This document shows positions 22,683 through 37,780 of a stretch of DNA of 64,000 nt, in pieces. Position 1 is the first letter of the stretch, and each line of letters begins with the position of its first letter. Origin of the DNA: Dendrobates tinctorius (lineage: Eukaryota); the NCBI RefSeq assembly GCF_039654945.1, contig NW_027361891.1:6324001-6388000 (forward strand), given 5' to 3'. The position numbers were made by a program, and so were the translations under genes. The notes beneath the pieces were generated by a model. That model was not told the origin of the DNA, ran no database searches, and was given only the letters and a program-made list of their open reading frames with translations.

Positions 22683-23734
22683 TTAACTTCATTTTTATTA
22701 TGGCCTTACTTTTAAATATAATTTGATTTCATTATGTTGAAATCTTATTTATAGAGCATCTGTCATGGGGAATTGATGGCCTTTCAAGGCTGTACAAACC
22801 TAATCACTTGTCCATATAACTAATGCTGCGCTGATTCCTGAGTGGACAAATAACTAATTTTTGTTTTTTCTTCAATTGTATAGAGATTTTTGACTGCTTG
22901 AAACAACTCAATTCAACTACAACTTATCTGCATGGTCTGAAAATGTTTCTGTACAGTCACCCAGCCATTACACAGTACACAGCAGGGGCACATTTATAAG
23001 ATTCTCAGCACAGGGACATTTATTTATTTATTTTTTTTAAACACATCCAATTGTAGAATTATTATTCAAACATCTATTTATTAAAATGTTGATTAAAATT
23101 AACTTTGTGGGAAAACTCCTTTATTAAGATCATCAGAAACTGGTTGAACCGTTGAGTTATTTATTTATTTTTTTTTAATCTTTTATTTTTTTTATTTTTA
23201 AAGTCATGGTTTTTGTTCTGATTTTGGAAGACTCAACAAAAAAGCAACACTGCTTTAAAGTGTAAACTCAGCCAAAATCTCTCACCTAAATCAACTAGCA
23301 GAAGCTTGTGTTTTTTCATTGGCAACACTGGCTTTTATTTTTCTTACTATGACATATCTTCATAGTTTCCAGGTTTTTTCTAATGAAATGGTGGCAAGCC
23401 CCATCATATACATATATACTGTATCTTGCGGATTATAAGATGCACTCCAAATTTTGAGGAGAATGGAGAAAAAAAAAACTTTTTTTTAATAAATGGAGGT
23501 GTGTCTTATTGTTCACAGTAGGTGGAGGCTGCGGTGAAGTGGGGTCCCGGGGTTGCTGCTGGAGGAGGCAAGAGCGGAGCATTTATGCAGGCTGGGATGA
23601 GGGGTGTTCCAATGTGCTCCGCTGCGGGTGTGTGGTGCAGGGGCTTTGCCGACATTGTGAAAATTAGAGCCCCCGCACTTGCATGGTTTACTGTGTGGTG
23701 GACTCCGGGAAAATGGCTGCAGTTATGTCTTTAA

Positions 23735-23747
23735 AGGGAATCTGTCA

Positions 23748-23792
<45 letters not shown>

Positions 23793-24271
23793 GCTTGCAG
23801 CTGCCAGCATAGACATCGGGGGCTTATCTGCAGCATTCTGTAATGCTGTAGATAAGCCTCCGATGTAACCTGAAAGATAAGAAAAGCGAGTTAGATTATA
23901 CTCACCGGGGTGGGTGGTCCGGTCCAGTGGGTGTTGCTGTTGAGGGCAGAGCAGAATTCTGCAGTGCGCAGGCACCGGACCTCTCCGACGCCTGCGCACT
24001 GCAGGACTCTGCTCTGCCCTCAACAGGGTAGAGCAGTGCGCCGGAGCCATTACAGGACGGGAGAAGAGGACGTCATCGCATGAAGAAGGGAGGTGGACCG
24101 GACCGCAACACCCACCGGACCGGACCGCCCACCTCGGTGAGCATAATATAACGTGTTTTTCTTATCTTTCAGGTTACATCGGAGGCTTATCTACAGCATT
24201 GCAGAATGCTGTAGATAATCCCCCGATGTCTATGCTGGCAGCTGCAAGCCAAAAAAAGGGTAACATTCCCT
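23735..24271. mobile_element. T2/Kolobok-type palindromic MITE
   Basis: AGGGAATCTGTCACCC / GGGTAACATTCCCT ends, long inverted arms, TTAA TSD. Confidence 0.85.
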
Positions 24272-24329
24272 TTAAGCATGACTGTTAACCAAGGTGGTGA
24301 GTGAATAAACTTGTCTTTCATGATCCTAA

Positions 24330-26547
24330 GAGCGCAGTCACGCTCCATAAATTGGAGTGTGATCGGAACTCAGTGCACCGACTGGCCAGCGACTCTCCTG
24401 ACTCAAGCATGATGGCTGCATAGAAATACTCAGTGCTGTCAAACTCTGGTCCGTATGTCATCTGATTGGAATGCGAGGATGCGATTTTCTCGCATCTAGG
24501 CATCCGTGTGACATCCGTATGAAGAGATTTTTCTCGCCGGCTTGCAAAATGGACATATAATAGAGCCCAATGACAGGCTAAAACACAAACGAAAGTATAA
24601 TATATATACATACACAGTACAGGCCAAAAGTTTGGACACCCCTCATTCAAAGAGTTTTCTTTATTTTCGTGACTACGAAAATTGTAGATTCACTCTGAAG
24701 GCATCAAAACTATGAATTAACACGTGGCCAAAGTAAAAGGTGGCTACTTTGAAGAACCTAGAATATAAGACATATTTTCAGTTGTTTCACACTTTTTTGT
24801 TAATTCTATAATTCCACATGTGTTAATTCATAGTTTTGATGCCTTCAGAGTGAATCTACAATTTTCATAGTCATGAAAATAAAGAAAGCTCTTTGAATGA
24901 GAAGGTGTGTCCAAACTTTTGGTCTGTACTGTGTGTGTATATATGAAATAGTATGGTTTCTCCAGCGATCAGTCCAATGGTGGGGTAAAATATAACTTTT
25001 ATTTTTCCATTAAAAAGGTTCCATGTTTCTTCAGTAACAATTTTGCAAATAGTCAATCCCTTTTGATCAACATTTTCCGACACTAAATGTGCCTTCCTCC
25101 TGGTCCTGGTAGACCATTTAATTTTTTTTTTTTTTTAATATCTTTGACTAATAATTAGATTAGGGTATGTGTGTAGAATTTGGGACATGTAGGTGTTAAA
25201 TTAAGGGGTTAATTTTTTGAAAAAAATTGCCTGGGCTCCCACGGTAATTTCTCTGCCAGAGAGGGAAAGCCAGTGAGTGAGGGCAGATATTAATAGCCTT
25301 GCGAGGGACAATTGTTTTTGGTCCCCCCTGACTAAAAAAAAATCTGCCCCCAGCCACCCCAGAAAAGGCCCATCTATAAGATGCGCCTTTTCTGGCACTT
25401 AGCCTCTCTATTCCCATTGCCTTTAGCAGTGGCTAATGGGTTAATAATGGGTTAATGTCACCTTGCTATTGAAAGGTGACATTAAACTGTGTTAATAATT
25501 GAGAGGTGTCAATAAGACACGTCTCCATTATTAACCCTACAATAGTAAAGGGTTAAAGACACATTAATTAGAAATTCTTTTAATGAAATAATCACACCAA
25601 GTTTTTGACCACATTTATTCATCTGCTAATCCAAAAGAATCCATTGTCCTGTAAAAAAAACCAAAAAATAAAAAAACGACAATATACATACCTCTCTGCC
25701 GTTCAGTCAGGTCCCCCGCTGCAATCAATCACAAGGGGTTAACTAGTTTACAACGGGGACCGGTGCTAATGCGGCCGGCCCCACTATAAACCGCTGCAGA
25801 ATGAATGAATTAATCTCTGTGCAGCCTCCCCGGCTGACCAGAGATGAACTAATAAGTGTGGGAAAGTTTCTGAAATTTTTCCCACGCTCATCAGTTCGCC
25901 GGGGACTCCGCGCAGCCTCAGTGACATCAGCGGTAGTCACTGAGGCTGCGCTTTCCCTCTCTGGCAGAGAAATTACCGCAGGAGCCCACGCAATTTTTTA
26001 TTCAACGCATTAACCCCTTAATTTAACACCTACATGTCCCAAATTTTACACACATACCCTAATCTAATTATAAGTCAGACATATAAAAAAACTAAATGAA
26101 ATGGTTTACTGTATGTAAACCATGTGTCATTTCATGTCGGCTTTTGTATTGATTTTACAGAAGCCGGCAACTGATTTAGCGGCTATTCTGCTATGTAGAA
26201 CTCTATGAAATATATATAATCTCGCAAAATGAATTGATGGCTTTTGTTAAAGGACACCGGTGCGTATTTCTTTCAAGTCACACTTGTGGTCCATGTGTAA
26301 TCCAATTTTTTTTTTTTTTTTTTTTTTTTTCCTCGCACCCATAGACTTGCATTAGCGAGTCTTTGCCGAGAATCGGTGACAATCGCAGCATGCTGCGATT
26401 TTCTCAGCCCGATCAAAACGGGTGAGAAAAAAATCAGATGCTGGGAGCTGCCCCATAGATTAACATTGGGACGAGTGCAATGCGATTTTTCCCTTTTTCT
26501 TATCGCATTGCACTAATCCCATGTTTCTCGCTAGCGTGACTCCGGCC
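24330..26547. mobile_element. Long non-autonomous Harbinger-like element with internal inverted repeats
   Basis: AGTCACGCT / AGCGTGACT ends with TAA flanks. Internal inverted copies at 25140-25270 and 25950-26090. Confidence 0.55.
24615..24931. mobile_element. Tc1-derived palindromic MITE
   Basis: CAGTACAGGCCAAAAGTTTGGACAC / GTGTCCAAACTTTTGGTCTGTACTG TIRs with ~110-bp inverted arms. Confidence 0.85.
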
Positions 26548-27649
26548 TAAGAAACATTAACCACGTCAGGTGAAGATTGGAATTTCAGCAAAACCTTCCT
26601 GAAGGCATCCTGTTTTTGCAGTATAATACACTCGCCCACAAGTTTCATATTACCTTGCAAAAACTACAATAAGATGGAAATTGATGCTGCAGAGTTATGG
26701 TTTGCTGAAATGTGTATAGATAAAGTAAATATATATTTTTTTAAATTTGAATTTTTGATAAATTCATGAAATGTATGTGATTAAAAGGTGATCATATTGA
26801 ATAATCTAATATCACTTTATGATCTTTTTTGCCGTCATCATTTTATCATGTGCACCATCTAAAAGCCACTTGTTTATGGAGGGTGCATTACAATGTGACT
26901 GCCTTATTCCTTAGGCTGCATTGTCTGTCGGTTTTTACCTGTGACAAGCGATCAGCTCTTGAATGTATTAACTGAACAGCTGCTTCTGGTAAACATGTTC
27001 TATTGCTCTGGTGTTTCTATTAATTTTCGTCCTCCTCTTTTACTTTCATGCTCATAGAATAATGTCCCTACAATGTAAACCAAATCATTCACCTGTTGAC
27101 TGTACACAGCAAAAGACCTTCAGGGTACAATCAGTACTCCGTTGATGGGAAGGCATTACTTTCATTATTGTTCAATAGACGAGGCCACCTTTCCCTGTTA
27201 AGGGATCAGTCTTGTTGCTGTGTTCTGGGGATTCCCTGATCCGGGGATATGGAATACTGGCCGGTCTGGGCTATAATATAATCATAAAATCTGGATAATT
27301 GCATCAACATTGATAAGTCATGTAAAGTGCTGGCACCCTTGAAATTGGTCAAAAATTTCAGTTGAGAGGTGTAAGAAGCTTGTTGTTTATAGGACTCAAT
27401 TTATTTGTTATTCTAAAGAGTGTGCAGCCAAATATTAAGTTGAGGGTGACAACAATTTTGTCCTGCCCATTTTGGGGTTTTGTGTGAAATGATGTGAAAA
27501 TTTTTTTTTCTTTTTATTTTTTTTGTGTCAATACACACAAAAGAAATAAACGTATGTGGCAAACCATGTAATTGCAATAATTATCGGGGACAGATACTTC
27601 ATTTTCTGGAACAATTTCAAGGGTGCCAACACTTTCGGGCATACTGTTG

Positions 27650-30600
27650 AGTGGAGCAGAGGCGGCAGATGAGTGCATAGATAAACACAATATCATAGTT
27701 TAACATTAGAGCATAGTTTGGTGTTTTTCCTTACTAGCTTTGCATTGTTTTCTGTTTTGCTTATATCTGTCCTGTTTTATCCCCATTAGTATGTGATCCA
27801 TGGACAATGCTACAATGTGCGCGCATCTTGTGAGATGTACGCATGCCTTGAACTGCCGTTTGAGGGTAAATATACCTACGCTTGATGTCAGCAAGTTATT
27901 TGTTTAGAATCCCAGATAATGGATCTAAATGTGCACTTTGCAACACTCAGGAGCTTTGCAAACCTGGAGAGGAGTTTAGAGCTCACTGAGCATGCGCTGG
28001 CTGGGGCCAGTGATATGGCGGAGGTGGGGAAAATCAGGACCCAGAAGAGTGTACCTGGGTGACTTCTACAAGAAGGGGTAGGGTGAAAAGTGCCAGGGAG
28101 CCCAGTCATGATCTGGTACAACCTAATTAATATGCCTGTTTGGCTGATATTAGGAATGCAGGCCCAGGACAGGGATTACTACAGCAAGACGTTGCTCCTA
28201 ACAACCAGGTAAACTGCTGTAGGAAGAAGGGAAATAGGAGTGCAGCAAAGGCCAAACATGTTCATGGTAGGGGACTCTATAATTAGGCGGACAGACAGGA
28301 TAACCTGCCACCAAGACCATGAAAGCCGAACAGTGTTGTCTTCCAGGTGCTTGGGTTCGGCATATTGCGGATTGGATAGACAGATCACTGAGTGGGGCTG
28401 GGACAAATCCAGCGGTCAATGTACACATTGGTGCCAATGACAAAGTTAGAGAGACATGGAAGGTCCTTAAAAATGACTACAGGGAGCTAGGAAAGAAGCT
28501 GAAGTTCAGGACCTCAACGGTGGTGTTTTGCATAATACTATCAGTGCCACAAGCATCACAGGCAGTATTTCCAAAAACACCGGTTGTGCTGAAAGCTGCA
28601 AGTTCTTATCCACAGTTCAGGAAAATTACCTCTCTCGTTAGATGACCCAACCCAGGAAGGTAACCTGCTGGATCTGGTCCTGTCAAACAGACCAGATGCA
28701 ATTTTTGATCTACTGGTCAGGGAGCATTTGGGAAGCGGTCACCAAATTATGGTAAGTTTTAATGGAATGTTCAATCAACATCCAAAAGGGGAAATGCAAA
28801 AACCTGGAAATTTAGGAATACTGACTTCAACAATTTAAGGGAAGAGCTTAATCGACTAGACTGGGACCATCTCTTGGTAACTGGGGCTACGGAACATAAA
28901 TGGGGCATGTTTAAGGGCATACTCGTAGAAAACTTATACCCTCTGGTAATAAAATGTCAAGAATAAAAACAAACCACTATGGATAAATAAGACAGTGCAA
29001 AGTTTAATAAGACAAAAACAAAGGCCATTTGGAATCCTGAAGAATACTGAAATAGCATTTCAGGAGTATAAAGATCTAAATAAGAAATGTAAAAAAGAAA
29101 GCAAGCTAGTAAAGTTAGCTACAGAGAAACAAATTGCCAGTGACATTAAAATAAATCCCCCAAATTTTTGTAAATGTATCCATGCCAAAAAGAAAAATCA
29201 CATGGTATCGGCCCCATAAGACACTTTTAATCCATGTTCACTAATGGCCTGTCTGTTCCAGTGATTTTTCAACAAGGCAAAAATCGAAGTTCGCCACCTC
29301 ATATAACTAGTCTAGCACAAAACGATGTATGCCTGCGTCTGAGAAAATTAAACATTAACAAATCCCCCTGCCAGATGACATTCATCCATGGATACCGAAG
29401 GAAGTCAGCTCAGTAATTGACAGACAGCTGTATCTCATATTCTTAAGCTCTTGTAACGGGTGATGCGACAGGTTTGGAGGATAGCTGATGTACTGATATT
29501 TAGAAAGGTAAGGCTAGTTTCACACTAGCGTTTATGAGCGCAGCGACGGCCTGCGCACGGCCGCTGCTAAGCCCCGCCCCCTGCCGCGGCCTGCCGGTAG
29601 CTCCGCCCACCGGCGCATGACGCTGCATGCGTCCTGCGTCCCCTATCTTTATCACAGGGGGTGCAGGCCGTGCGCAGTATGCGTTTGGCGGCGCATGCGC
29701 CTTTTTGACGGTGCGCCGACCTGCGCCAAACGCAACCTGCTGCAGTTTGGTTGCGTCGGCGCACCGTCAAAAAGTCGCATGCGCCGCCAAACGCATACTG
29801 CGCGCGGCCTGCGCCCCTGTGATAAAGAGAGGGGACGCAGGGCGCATGCAGCGTCATGCGCCGGTGGGCGGAGCTACCAGTGGGGGTGTGGCAGGGGGCG
29901 GGGCTTAGTGGCGGCAGTCGCTGCGCTCATAAACGCTAGTGTGAAACTAGCCTAAGAAGGTGGATCCAGGCAACTACTGTCCAGTAAGTCTGACAGCAGT
30001 AGTGTGCAAAGTTTTTGAGGGCATCATAAGAAATAACTTGCAGAGATATATTGCACAGAATAACATAATAAAAGAAAAGATAGGTCTTGTCTAACAACCA
30101 CCATGTTGGGTTTCTATGAGGAGGTAAGTGCAAATGTGGATGTTTTTAATACAGCTGATGGGATTTATCTGGACTTTGCAAAGGCATCTGATAATGTACC
30201 ACATAACAGCCTTATACTGAAGCTAAAGCAGCAAGGACTGGGGGAAACTATATGCAGATGGGTAAGTGTGGATGGGATTGAGAGTAAACTGTCAGTCTTT
30301 GCTGACGACCCCAAACTATTGTATGTAGGATATTAAAATCTGATCTTGACTTTACAATATTGCAAAACGATCTGGATAAGATGTTTCAATATAAAATAAA
30401 TGCACCTAGGATGGAGCAATCCTATTGCATATATATTAATTAGGAGTATACTCGGGACTACAGAACCGGAGAAGGATTTGGGTATTCTGGTTACAAGTAA
30501 GCTGAGCAGCAGTACGCAATGTCAAGCAGGAGCCACTAAAGCAAACAAGATTTGAGAAAGTGTAAAAACGAAAATCCCACAATCCCAATGTACTCTTACC

Positions 30601-31160
30601 CCTTTATAAATCACTTGTGACGCCACATCTAGAATATGGGATCCAGTTTTGGGCTCCACATTTTAAAAAGATGTTCAGAAGTTAGTCAGTTCAAAGACAA
30701 GCAACTAGATTATCGCAAGTGATAGAAGGCTTCTCATGTGATGAGAGGTTGGAAAAGTTGGGCTTGTTTAGTTTAGAAAAAGACCCCTTAGATGAGATCT
30801 CATTTATATGTATAAATATTCAGTAGGTGGTCAGTACAAAGGACTGGCGCATGACTTATTCCTTCCAAAGACCATACTAAGGACCAGGGGGCACTCATTA
30901 CGGGTTGAAGAAAGTGATTCCGGCAGCTAAATAGGAAAGTGTTCTGTAAAGTTAGGGCATTCCATATTCTGACTGCTCTATCACATGAGGTAGTAATGGC
31001 AGGCACTATAACAGCTTTTTAAAAAAGGGCTGTTTGATTTCTTCTATACACATAACATTGTGGGTTATAGTTAGTGACAAAATGTGTAATTTCTGGAGAA
31101 AGGCTGAACTTGATGGACCTAGGTCTTTTTACAACCTATATAGCTGTAGATGTGTAAGTT
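27650..31160 (+). mobile_element. Decayed CR1 LINE (ORF1 esterase, ORF2 endonuclease/RT fragments, 3' end)
   Basis: Fragments MVGDSIIRRTDR, VHIGAND, LLDLVLSNRPD, IYLDFAKASD and FADD. CR1-type 3' tail GAACTTGATGGACC...TCTTTTTACAACCT. Many stops and deletions. Confidence 0.85.
29512..29952. mobile_element. Near-perfect palindromic Harbinger-type MITE inserted in the CR1
   Basis: TIR GGCTAGTTTCACACTAGCGTTTATGAGCGCAGCGAC, TAA TSD, and a fold-back centred near 29735. Confidence 0.9.
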
Positions 31161-31296
31161 AAGTTTGATGGAAATATGGTAAACATTTAAACACACTAGT
31201 ATATTATACATGAAGGCAACCATTAGTATAATATTATACAGTCAACAGAACGTAGCAATGTTGCAAACTATAACTGGGGAGAAGACTACAACTATA

Positions 31297-32380
31297 CAGT
31301 ACCGTGGAAAAGTTATAGGCAGGTTTGGAAAAATTGCTGCAAAGAATGCTTTAAAAAATATAAATGAATTTTTATCAATCTAATGCAACTTGACTGAACA
31401 ACAGAGAAATAAATAATTCATATTTGGTGTGACCACTCTTTGTATTAAAAACAGCATCAAAGCATCAATTCTTCTAGGTACATTTACACACAGGTTGTGA
31501 AGGAGCTCCACAGACCAATGTTCATGTAGGCTTGTGCAAATCTTGCTTTTTCTTAGTTATCCCACACAGACTCAATGTTGAGATAAAGGCTCTGTAGTGG
31601 CTGTATCATCACTTCCAGTACTCTTGTTCTTCTGAGGATGGTGCTTAATCGCATTAGCTTAGGTTTGGGGCCATTGTCCTGCTTCATAATATATTTTCAG
31701 GGAATCAGACTCTTCCCTGATGGTACTGCATGATCGATACATATGTGCCTGTATTTCTCAGCATTTTAGATGCCATTAGTCCTGTCCAAATTTCCAACTC
31801 CACTTGCTGACAAATAGCCCCAAACTTGCAAAGAACCTCCACTGCTTCACTGTTGCTTAGAGACCCTCAATATTGTACTGCTCTCCAGCCCCAAATATTT
31901 CATGTTTTGACTTACCAGGCTAGAGCACCTGCAGCCATTTTTCTGCACCCAAGTTCTTATGTTTTGTGTCTCTTGGCTTTGTTTCCATGTTGAAAGTATG
32001 ACTTTTAGCTGCCTTTCTTCAGCAGACTACTTCCACGCAGTCAATGGCTGTAGAGGGGTCTCTTTGGTTACTGTCAGTTCTGAGCTGCAATGCTGGACAT
32101 CTTCTGATTTCAAAGAGAAGTAAGCATGATGTGCCTCATCTTCTGCTCTAAGTTTCATTAGCTGACCACTGCGCCTATAGTCCTCAAGGTCCATTTTTTG
32201 GTGTCCTCAGTGCTGAGAAATACACGCAGATGATTATTCGTCATGCTATACCATAAGAGAAGCATTTGATTCAGCTCCAAATTTATTCTGCAACAGCACA
32301 ATTCCGAATTTGACCAAGAGCAAGCAGTCCTGGAACTGATGATACGGTCCCCACAGAGCTCTGATCTCAACATTATCAAG
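31297..32380 (-). mobile_element. Degenerate Tc1/mariner relic
   Basis: TACAGT start and Tc1-like transposase antisense sequence; heavily decayed, boundaries approximate. Confidence 0.45.
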
Positions 32381-33806
32381 GAATTATATGAAGAATAAAA
32401 ATAATTTGCATATTTTGTTAAACAGTCCGAAAAAAGAAACCCTTTAATATAAATGATGGTAATGAAATTGTGGAGTATGAAATTTTAACTTGAAATTTCA
32501 AATTGATTAAGGATTTGCGGGATGTAATAATCTGCGAACATCTTGATGCAAATACAACAGGATAAATTAAGTTCTTTTGGGAGTCATTGCTTTGACAAGT
32601 AGCGGCTTTTTTGGTTGTATGATGGTGACCAACACAGTATTAAGCCCCATTCAAATGTATATTTTACATACATATTCTAGCCATGTTTTTTTCTGATAGA
32701 ACAAGTACCCATTAATCTATGATGCTTTTCATATGTCAACGTTTTTTTGCGGACCAAATGTCAGCCAACAAAATCAGGGAGACCTGTCCATTTTTGATTG
32801 GAGTCACACATCAAAATTGCCCGTAAAGGACAAGGGGTCCATGAAAATCCTGGACGGCAAATGGATAGCATTAGTATGCAGCCCAGTTGCTGATTGCAAT
32901 TAATGTTGCTATAAGTAAGAAGAGCTTTGAAATTCATTTTTTTGACACATGAAGATCACTGATGTAAAGCTGACTAAACCCTGATGAAAAACAATTGAAA
33001 ATTCTTGAACTGCTTATTTGGATATCTTAATGTCTGAACGAGGCCTTAAGCAGGTGTATTTAATGTTAGATGATTGATATACACCGCACTTTTATTTTTA
33101 ATCCTGCTTTTATGTTTGTTTTCAATGATTGTCTCTCTAATATTTTTTATTTCACATTCTTCAAATGTTAATCTGGTCATCTAAGCAAGTGCCGCATGAA
33201 AATCATTCTCATTTACTTTCCAATTCTGGAGGAGCTTTCTAAATGAAATATCAATTTGTCTCCCATTGCAAGTAGTAGGCTTTAATAAATGACACTCTGT
33301 TCTTTGACTCGCAGCCAACTAGCTGATGAGCTCTGGTTTTCTACTCTTTTCATCCCACTCTTCAAGATTTGGCAAATAAATTTGAAGTAATAGGATTTTA
33401 ATAAGCTATAACTGGACAGTAGAAAGCAACCCTGAACTATAAATTTATTTATTTGTATTTACATTTATATTGCCCTTCCCTTATTCATTCATCTTAATGA
33501 ATTATTATATTACCGTATATCTTGGTGACATGTCTTGCTGTAAAAAAATGAACAAGAGAGGAAAGTGGCTACACTTGAAATCAAAGGTAGCGAGTCTTTA
33601 ATGTAAGGGTGCTTTCACTTTGCTTTTAGTTACACGCTTGGTGGTCCCATTGGGGCATACTTCCCCCCCCCCCCCCCCCCACACACACACAAAACTGGAT
33701 TCAGGCGTCTGGGCAGGGCCGGTTCAAGACAAAGTGGGACCCTGGGAAAAAGTGGGGCCTCAAATGCTAACCTATTGCACCATCACAGAGAAACATTTTG
33801 GTTCTA

Positions 33807-34556
33807 CAGGTGCTTCTCACAAAATTAGAATATCATCAAAAAGTATCCACAATCAATGAAGGTTTCGGGAGCCATGCCATCTGCTGGTTGTAGGTCCACT
33901 GTGTTTTCTCAAGATCAAACTCAGCTCAGCCATCTACCTGGAAATTTTAGAGCATTTCATGCTTCCCTCTGCCAGCAAGCATATTGGAGATGGAAATTTC
34001 ATTCTCCAACAGGACTTGGCACCTGTCCACACTGCCAAAAGTAACAATTCCTGATTTAAAAACAACAGTATCACTGTGCTTGATTGGCGAGCAAACTCGT
34101 CTCACCTTAACCACTCAGAGAATCTATGGAGTATTATCAAGAGGAAGAGGAGAGACACCAGACTCAAAAACGCAGATGAGTTGAAGGCTGCTATCAAAGC
34201 AACCTGGGCTTCCATAACACCTCAGCAGTGCCACAGGCTGATTGCCTCCATGCCACACGGATGCAGTAATAGATGCAAAAGGAGCCCAGATCAAGTACTG
34301 AATGCATTTACTGAACTTACATTTCAGTAGGCCAACATTTCAGATTTTAAAATAATTTTTTCAAGCAGGTGTTATAACGTCTTTTGTGTTTTCATTGGCT
34401 GTAAGCCAAAATCATCAACATTAACAGAAATAAACACTTGAAATAGATCACTCTGTTTGTAATGACTTTATATATTATATGAATTTCACTTTTTATATTG
34501 AAGAACTGAAATAAATTAACTTTTTAGAGATGTTCTAATTTTGTGAAATGCACCTC
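33807..34556 (+). mobile_element. Internally deleted Tc1 element
   Basis: TA|CAGGTGCTTCTCACAAAATTAGAA ... TTCTAATTTTGTGAAATGCACCTC|TA. Transposase C-terminal remnant (DWRANSSHLNHSENLW, LIASMP). Confidence 0.85.
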
Positions 34557-34739
34557 TATTTATATCCGCTGAGTTTAGGCCATTAAAAAAAGCTTGATAT
34601 ACAATATTGATACCGTTTAATGCATGTTTCCCAGTCTCTTTACTCCAGTTGAAGAAGAATGATGGGGACAGATAGTCCTCAATACAGTATAATGCAGGTC
34701 CCATATAGTACAATGCACTGACCAAGGTCCTTGATAGAG

Positions 34740-35170
34740 TATATTGTATCCCCCTCATAGAGAATAATTCAGTCCCCTCATAGAGTATAATGAAACCCCC
34801 TCAGAGTATACTGCAGCCCCCCTCATAGAGCATAATGCAGCCCCCTCAGAGTATAATGCAGCCCCACACACACACAGTATAGTGCAGCCCCCACATACAC
34901 AGTATAGTGAAGTCCCCCCACACACAGTATAATGCAGCCCCCTTCACAGAGTATAATAGTTTCCCACACACACAGTATAGTGCAGTTCCCCGACACACCG
35001 TATAATGCAACCCCCTACACACAGTATAGTGAAGTTCCCCCACACACAGTATAATGCAGTTTCCCACACACAGTATAGTGCAACTCCCACAGACAGTATA
35101 ATGCAGCCTCTCACACAGCATAATGCAGCCCCCACAAACACAATATAGTGTATCCCTCACACAGAATAAT
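34740..35170. repeat. Degenerate ~22-26-bp minisatellite (CACACAGTATAATGCAGCCCC)
   Basis: Visible tandem repeats. Confidence 0.8.
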
Positions 35171-35344
35171 GTGAAGAGTAAGAGTCAAGGGTTACTTCGA
35201 GTCAGCCAACTTGTGATATTGGGGAGAGTGTGATGTAAATTACTGTGATGGTTAGGTGTGGTAAGGGGGTTGACTGACAGGGGATGGATGATTTCAGTTT
35301 TGTCCATGATAAATTTTAGAAAGTGTGAATATTAGGAGGATATA

Positions 35345-36401
35345 CACACGTGGTCAAAATTATTGGTACCTCTCGTTTAATGACATAAAAACCCATAATG
35401 GTGACAAAAATAACTTGAATCTGACAAAAGTAATAATAAATCAAAAATCTATGAAATGATGAAGCAAAGGAGAGCCAGGCTGAAGTTTGCCAAAGACCAT
35501 AAGGATTAGACGATAGAGGACTGGAGTAAGGTAATCTCTGATGAGTCTAATTTTCAGCTTTGCCCAACACCTGGTCATCTAATGGTTAGACGGAGACCTG
35601 GAGAGGCGTACAAACCACAGTGTCTTGCACCCACTGTGAAATTTGGTGGAGGATCAGTGATGATCTGGGGATGCTTCAGCAAGGCTGGAATTGGGCAGGT
35701 TAATCTTTGTGAAGGACGTATGAATCAAGCCGCATACAAGGTTATCCTGGAAAAACAGGTGATTCCTTCTGCTCAGACAATGTTCCCCAACTCTGAGGAC
35801 TGTTTTCCCAGCAGAACAATGCACCATGCCACAAAGCTAGGTCAATCAATGTGTGGATGAAAGACCACCATATGAAATCCCTGTCATGACCAGCCCAATC
35901 TCCAGACGTGAACTCCATTGAAAACAACTGGAATGTAATCAAGAGGAAGATGAATAGTCACAAGCCATGAAACATAGAAGAACTGCTTAAATTTTTGTAC
36001 CAGTAGTGGCATAAGGTCACCCAAAAGCAGTGTGAAAGACTGGTGGAAAACATGCCAAGACGCATGAAAGCTGATTAAAAATCATGGCTATTCCACAAAA
36101 TATTGATTTCTGAACTCTTCATGAGTTAAAGCATTAGTATTGTTGTTTCTAAATGATTATGAACTTGTTTTCTTAGCATTATTTGTTTGAGATCTGCAAG
36201 GACTGCATTTTTTGTTATTTTGTCCATTTCTCATTTTCTGAAAATAAATACAAAATTTAGTGTTTGGAAATTTGAAGACATGTTGTCAGTAGTTTATAGA
36301 ATAAAAGATCAATTTACATTTTACTCAAAAATATACCTATAAAGAGAAAAATCAGACAAACTGAAAATTTTGCAGTGGTCTATTAATTTTTGCAAGAGCT
36401 G
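35345..36401 (+). mobile_element. Internally deleted Tc1 element
   Basis: TA-flanked CAC..GGTCAAAATTATT / TAATTTTTGCAAGAGCTG ends. Remnants PTVKFGGGSVMIWGCF and PAQSPDVNSIEN. Confidence 0.8.
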
Positions 36402-36910
36402 TAGGTAGTACTGGAAGTCATGCAATTTTATGAGTTGTCCTGGGATAAAGGTATAAATGAATGAGTGATGTCAGGACAGGTCTTTGAGTGACACCAACAG
36501 TGAGACGGCATGATGAAGAAGTATTGTTGATATCATGCTAAGGATTTCAACAATTCAATGCTTCACAGTTGGGATGGTGTTCTTGGGGTTGTACTCATCC
36601 TTCTTATTCCTCCAACTACTTATTTCATGCAATAAAATGCAATTTAATTGTTTATTAAAAATCATACAATGTGATTTTCTGATTTTTATTTTTAGATTCT
36701 GTCTCTCACAGTTGACGTGTACCTACGATAAAATTTACAGACCTCTCCATTATTTGTAGGTGGGAAAGCTTGCAAAATTGGCAGTGTATCAAATACGACA
36801 TTGCCATCATCATAGACTTAGACATTTCTTTGACAATACTTCTTAAAGGTTTTGTTTATTTTTTACCCTGCTGCCAGTACAGCTAAGGATAAATCAAGAG
36901 GATATACAGG

Positions 36911-37780
36911 TGTTAGGCATCGGATTCCTGGCACTGCACAGCGGGAATCCAGAGCCAGACATCCTGTGGTCTCCCATTCCTCTCCGACCACTCGGACTCC
37001 TGCTCAGCAATCTCAGCTGGCCAGGCATCTCCCTCTGACTCGTTCTGTGAGCCTGGATGTTGCTGCCACCTCTGGTGCAGCAATGGTGACGCAACCTGCT
37101 TTGCAGGGAACTGCTCCCGAGGCTAAGTCCTCATGCCGTGCTACTAGGCATGCCCACAACTTGTCCTCTCAGTGGAGAGCAGGGGTCACATGTGCAGGTC
37201 CTATGTCGGATCTGATTGGTCCTTCCTATAGTACTGGAAGGTCCCGGAAGCGCATGGCTATAAAAAGCCCGCATGCCGGCTCGGCCATGCGCTAGTGTAG
37301 CATATTATGCTGTGTGTGTATGGTGATGGATGCATGGACTGGTGACTGACTCATTTGAAACCCCTTCCCTCGGTTATTACAAATGGTGACAGATTGTTGG
37401 GTAGTCAGCTCCAGGTTGTGGCCAGCTACACGCCACTGTGCCTCCTGCACGACACACTAGCATCCGACGGTGCTCGGTCGTTCCGGCGCCGTCGCTCAGC
37501 AGCGATAGTTATTGCCGCGCTGCGGTTGCAGCGTCATTCGCTGGGTATCCTGTGAAGTAAACAGGCCCAGCGTCCTCATACAACTCAGTTGTTTTAGCGA
37601 CTCTGTGTGTGAACAGAGCCGTACTTAGCGTTCGGGTGACGTTAACCCGAGCGCAGTACCTCACCTTTCGGTGCATCCGCCATTACTCAGCAGCGGTCTT
37701 GTCACCTACCACACGGTGGACCCCGGGCGGCGAACGCACCTCCTATTATTTATATCTGGTGCGTTCCGCCGACCCTAACA
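36911..37780 (+). repeat. 5' LTR (870 bp; TATA at 37259)
   Basis: Near-identical to 41922-42815. Confidence 0.95.
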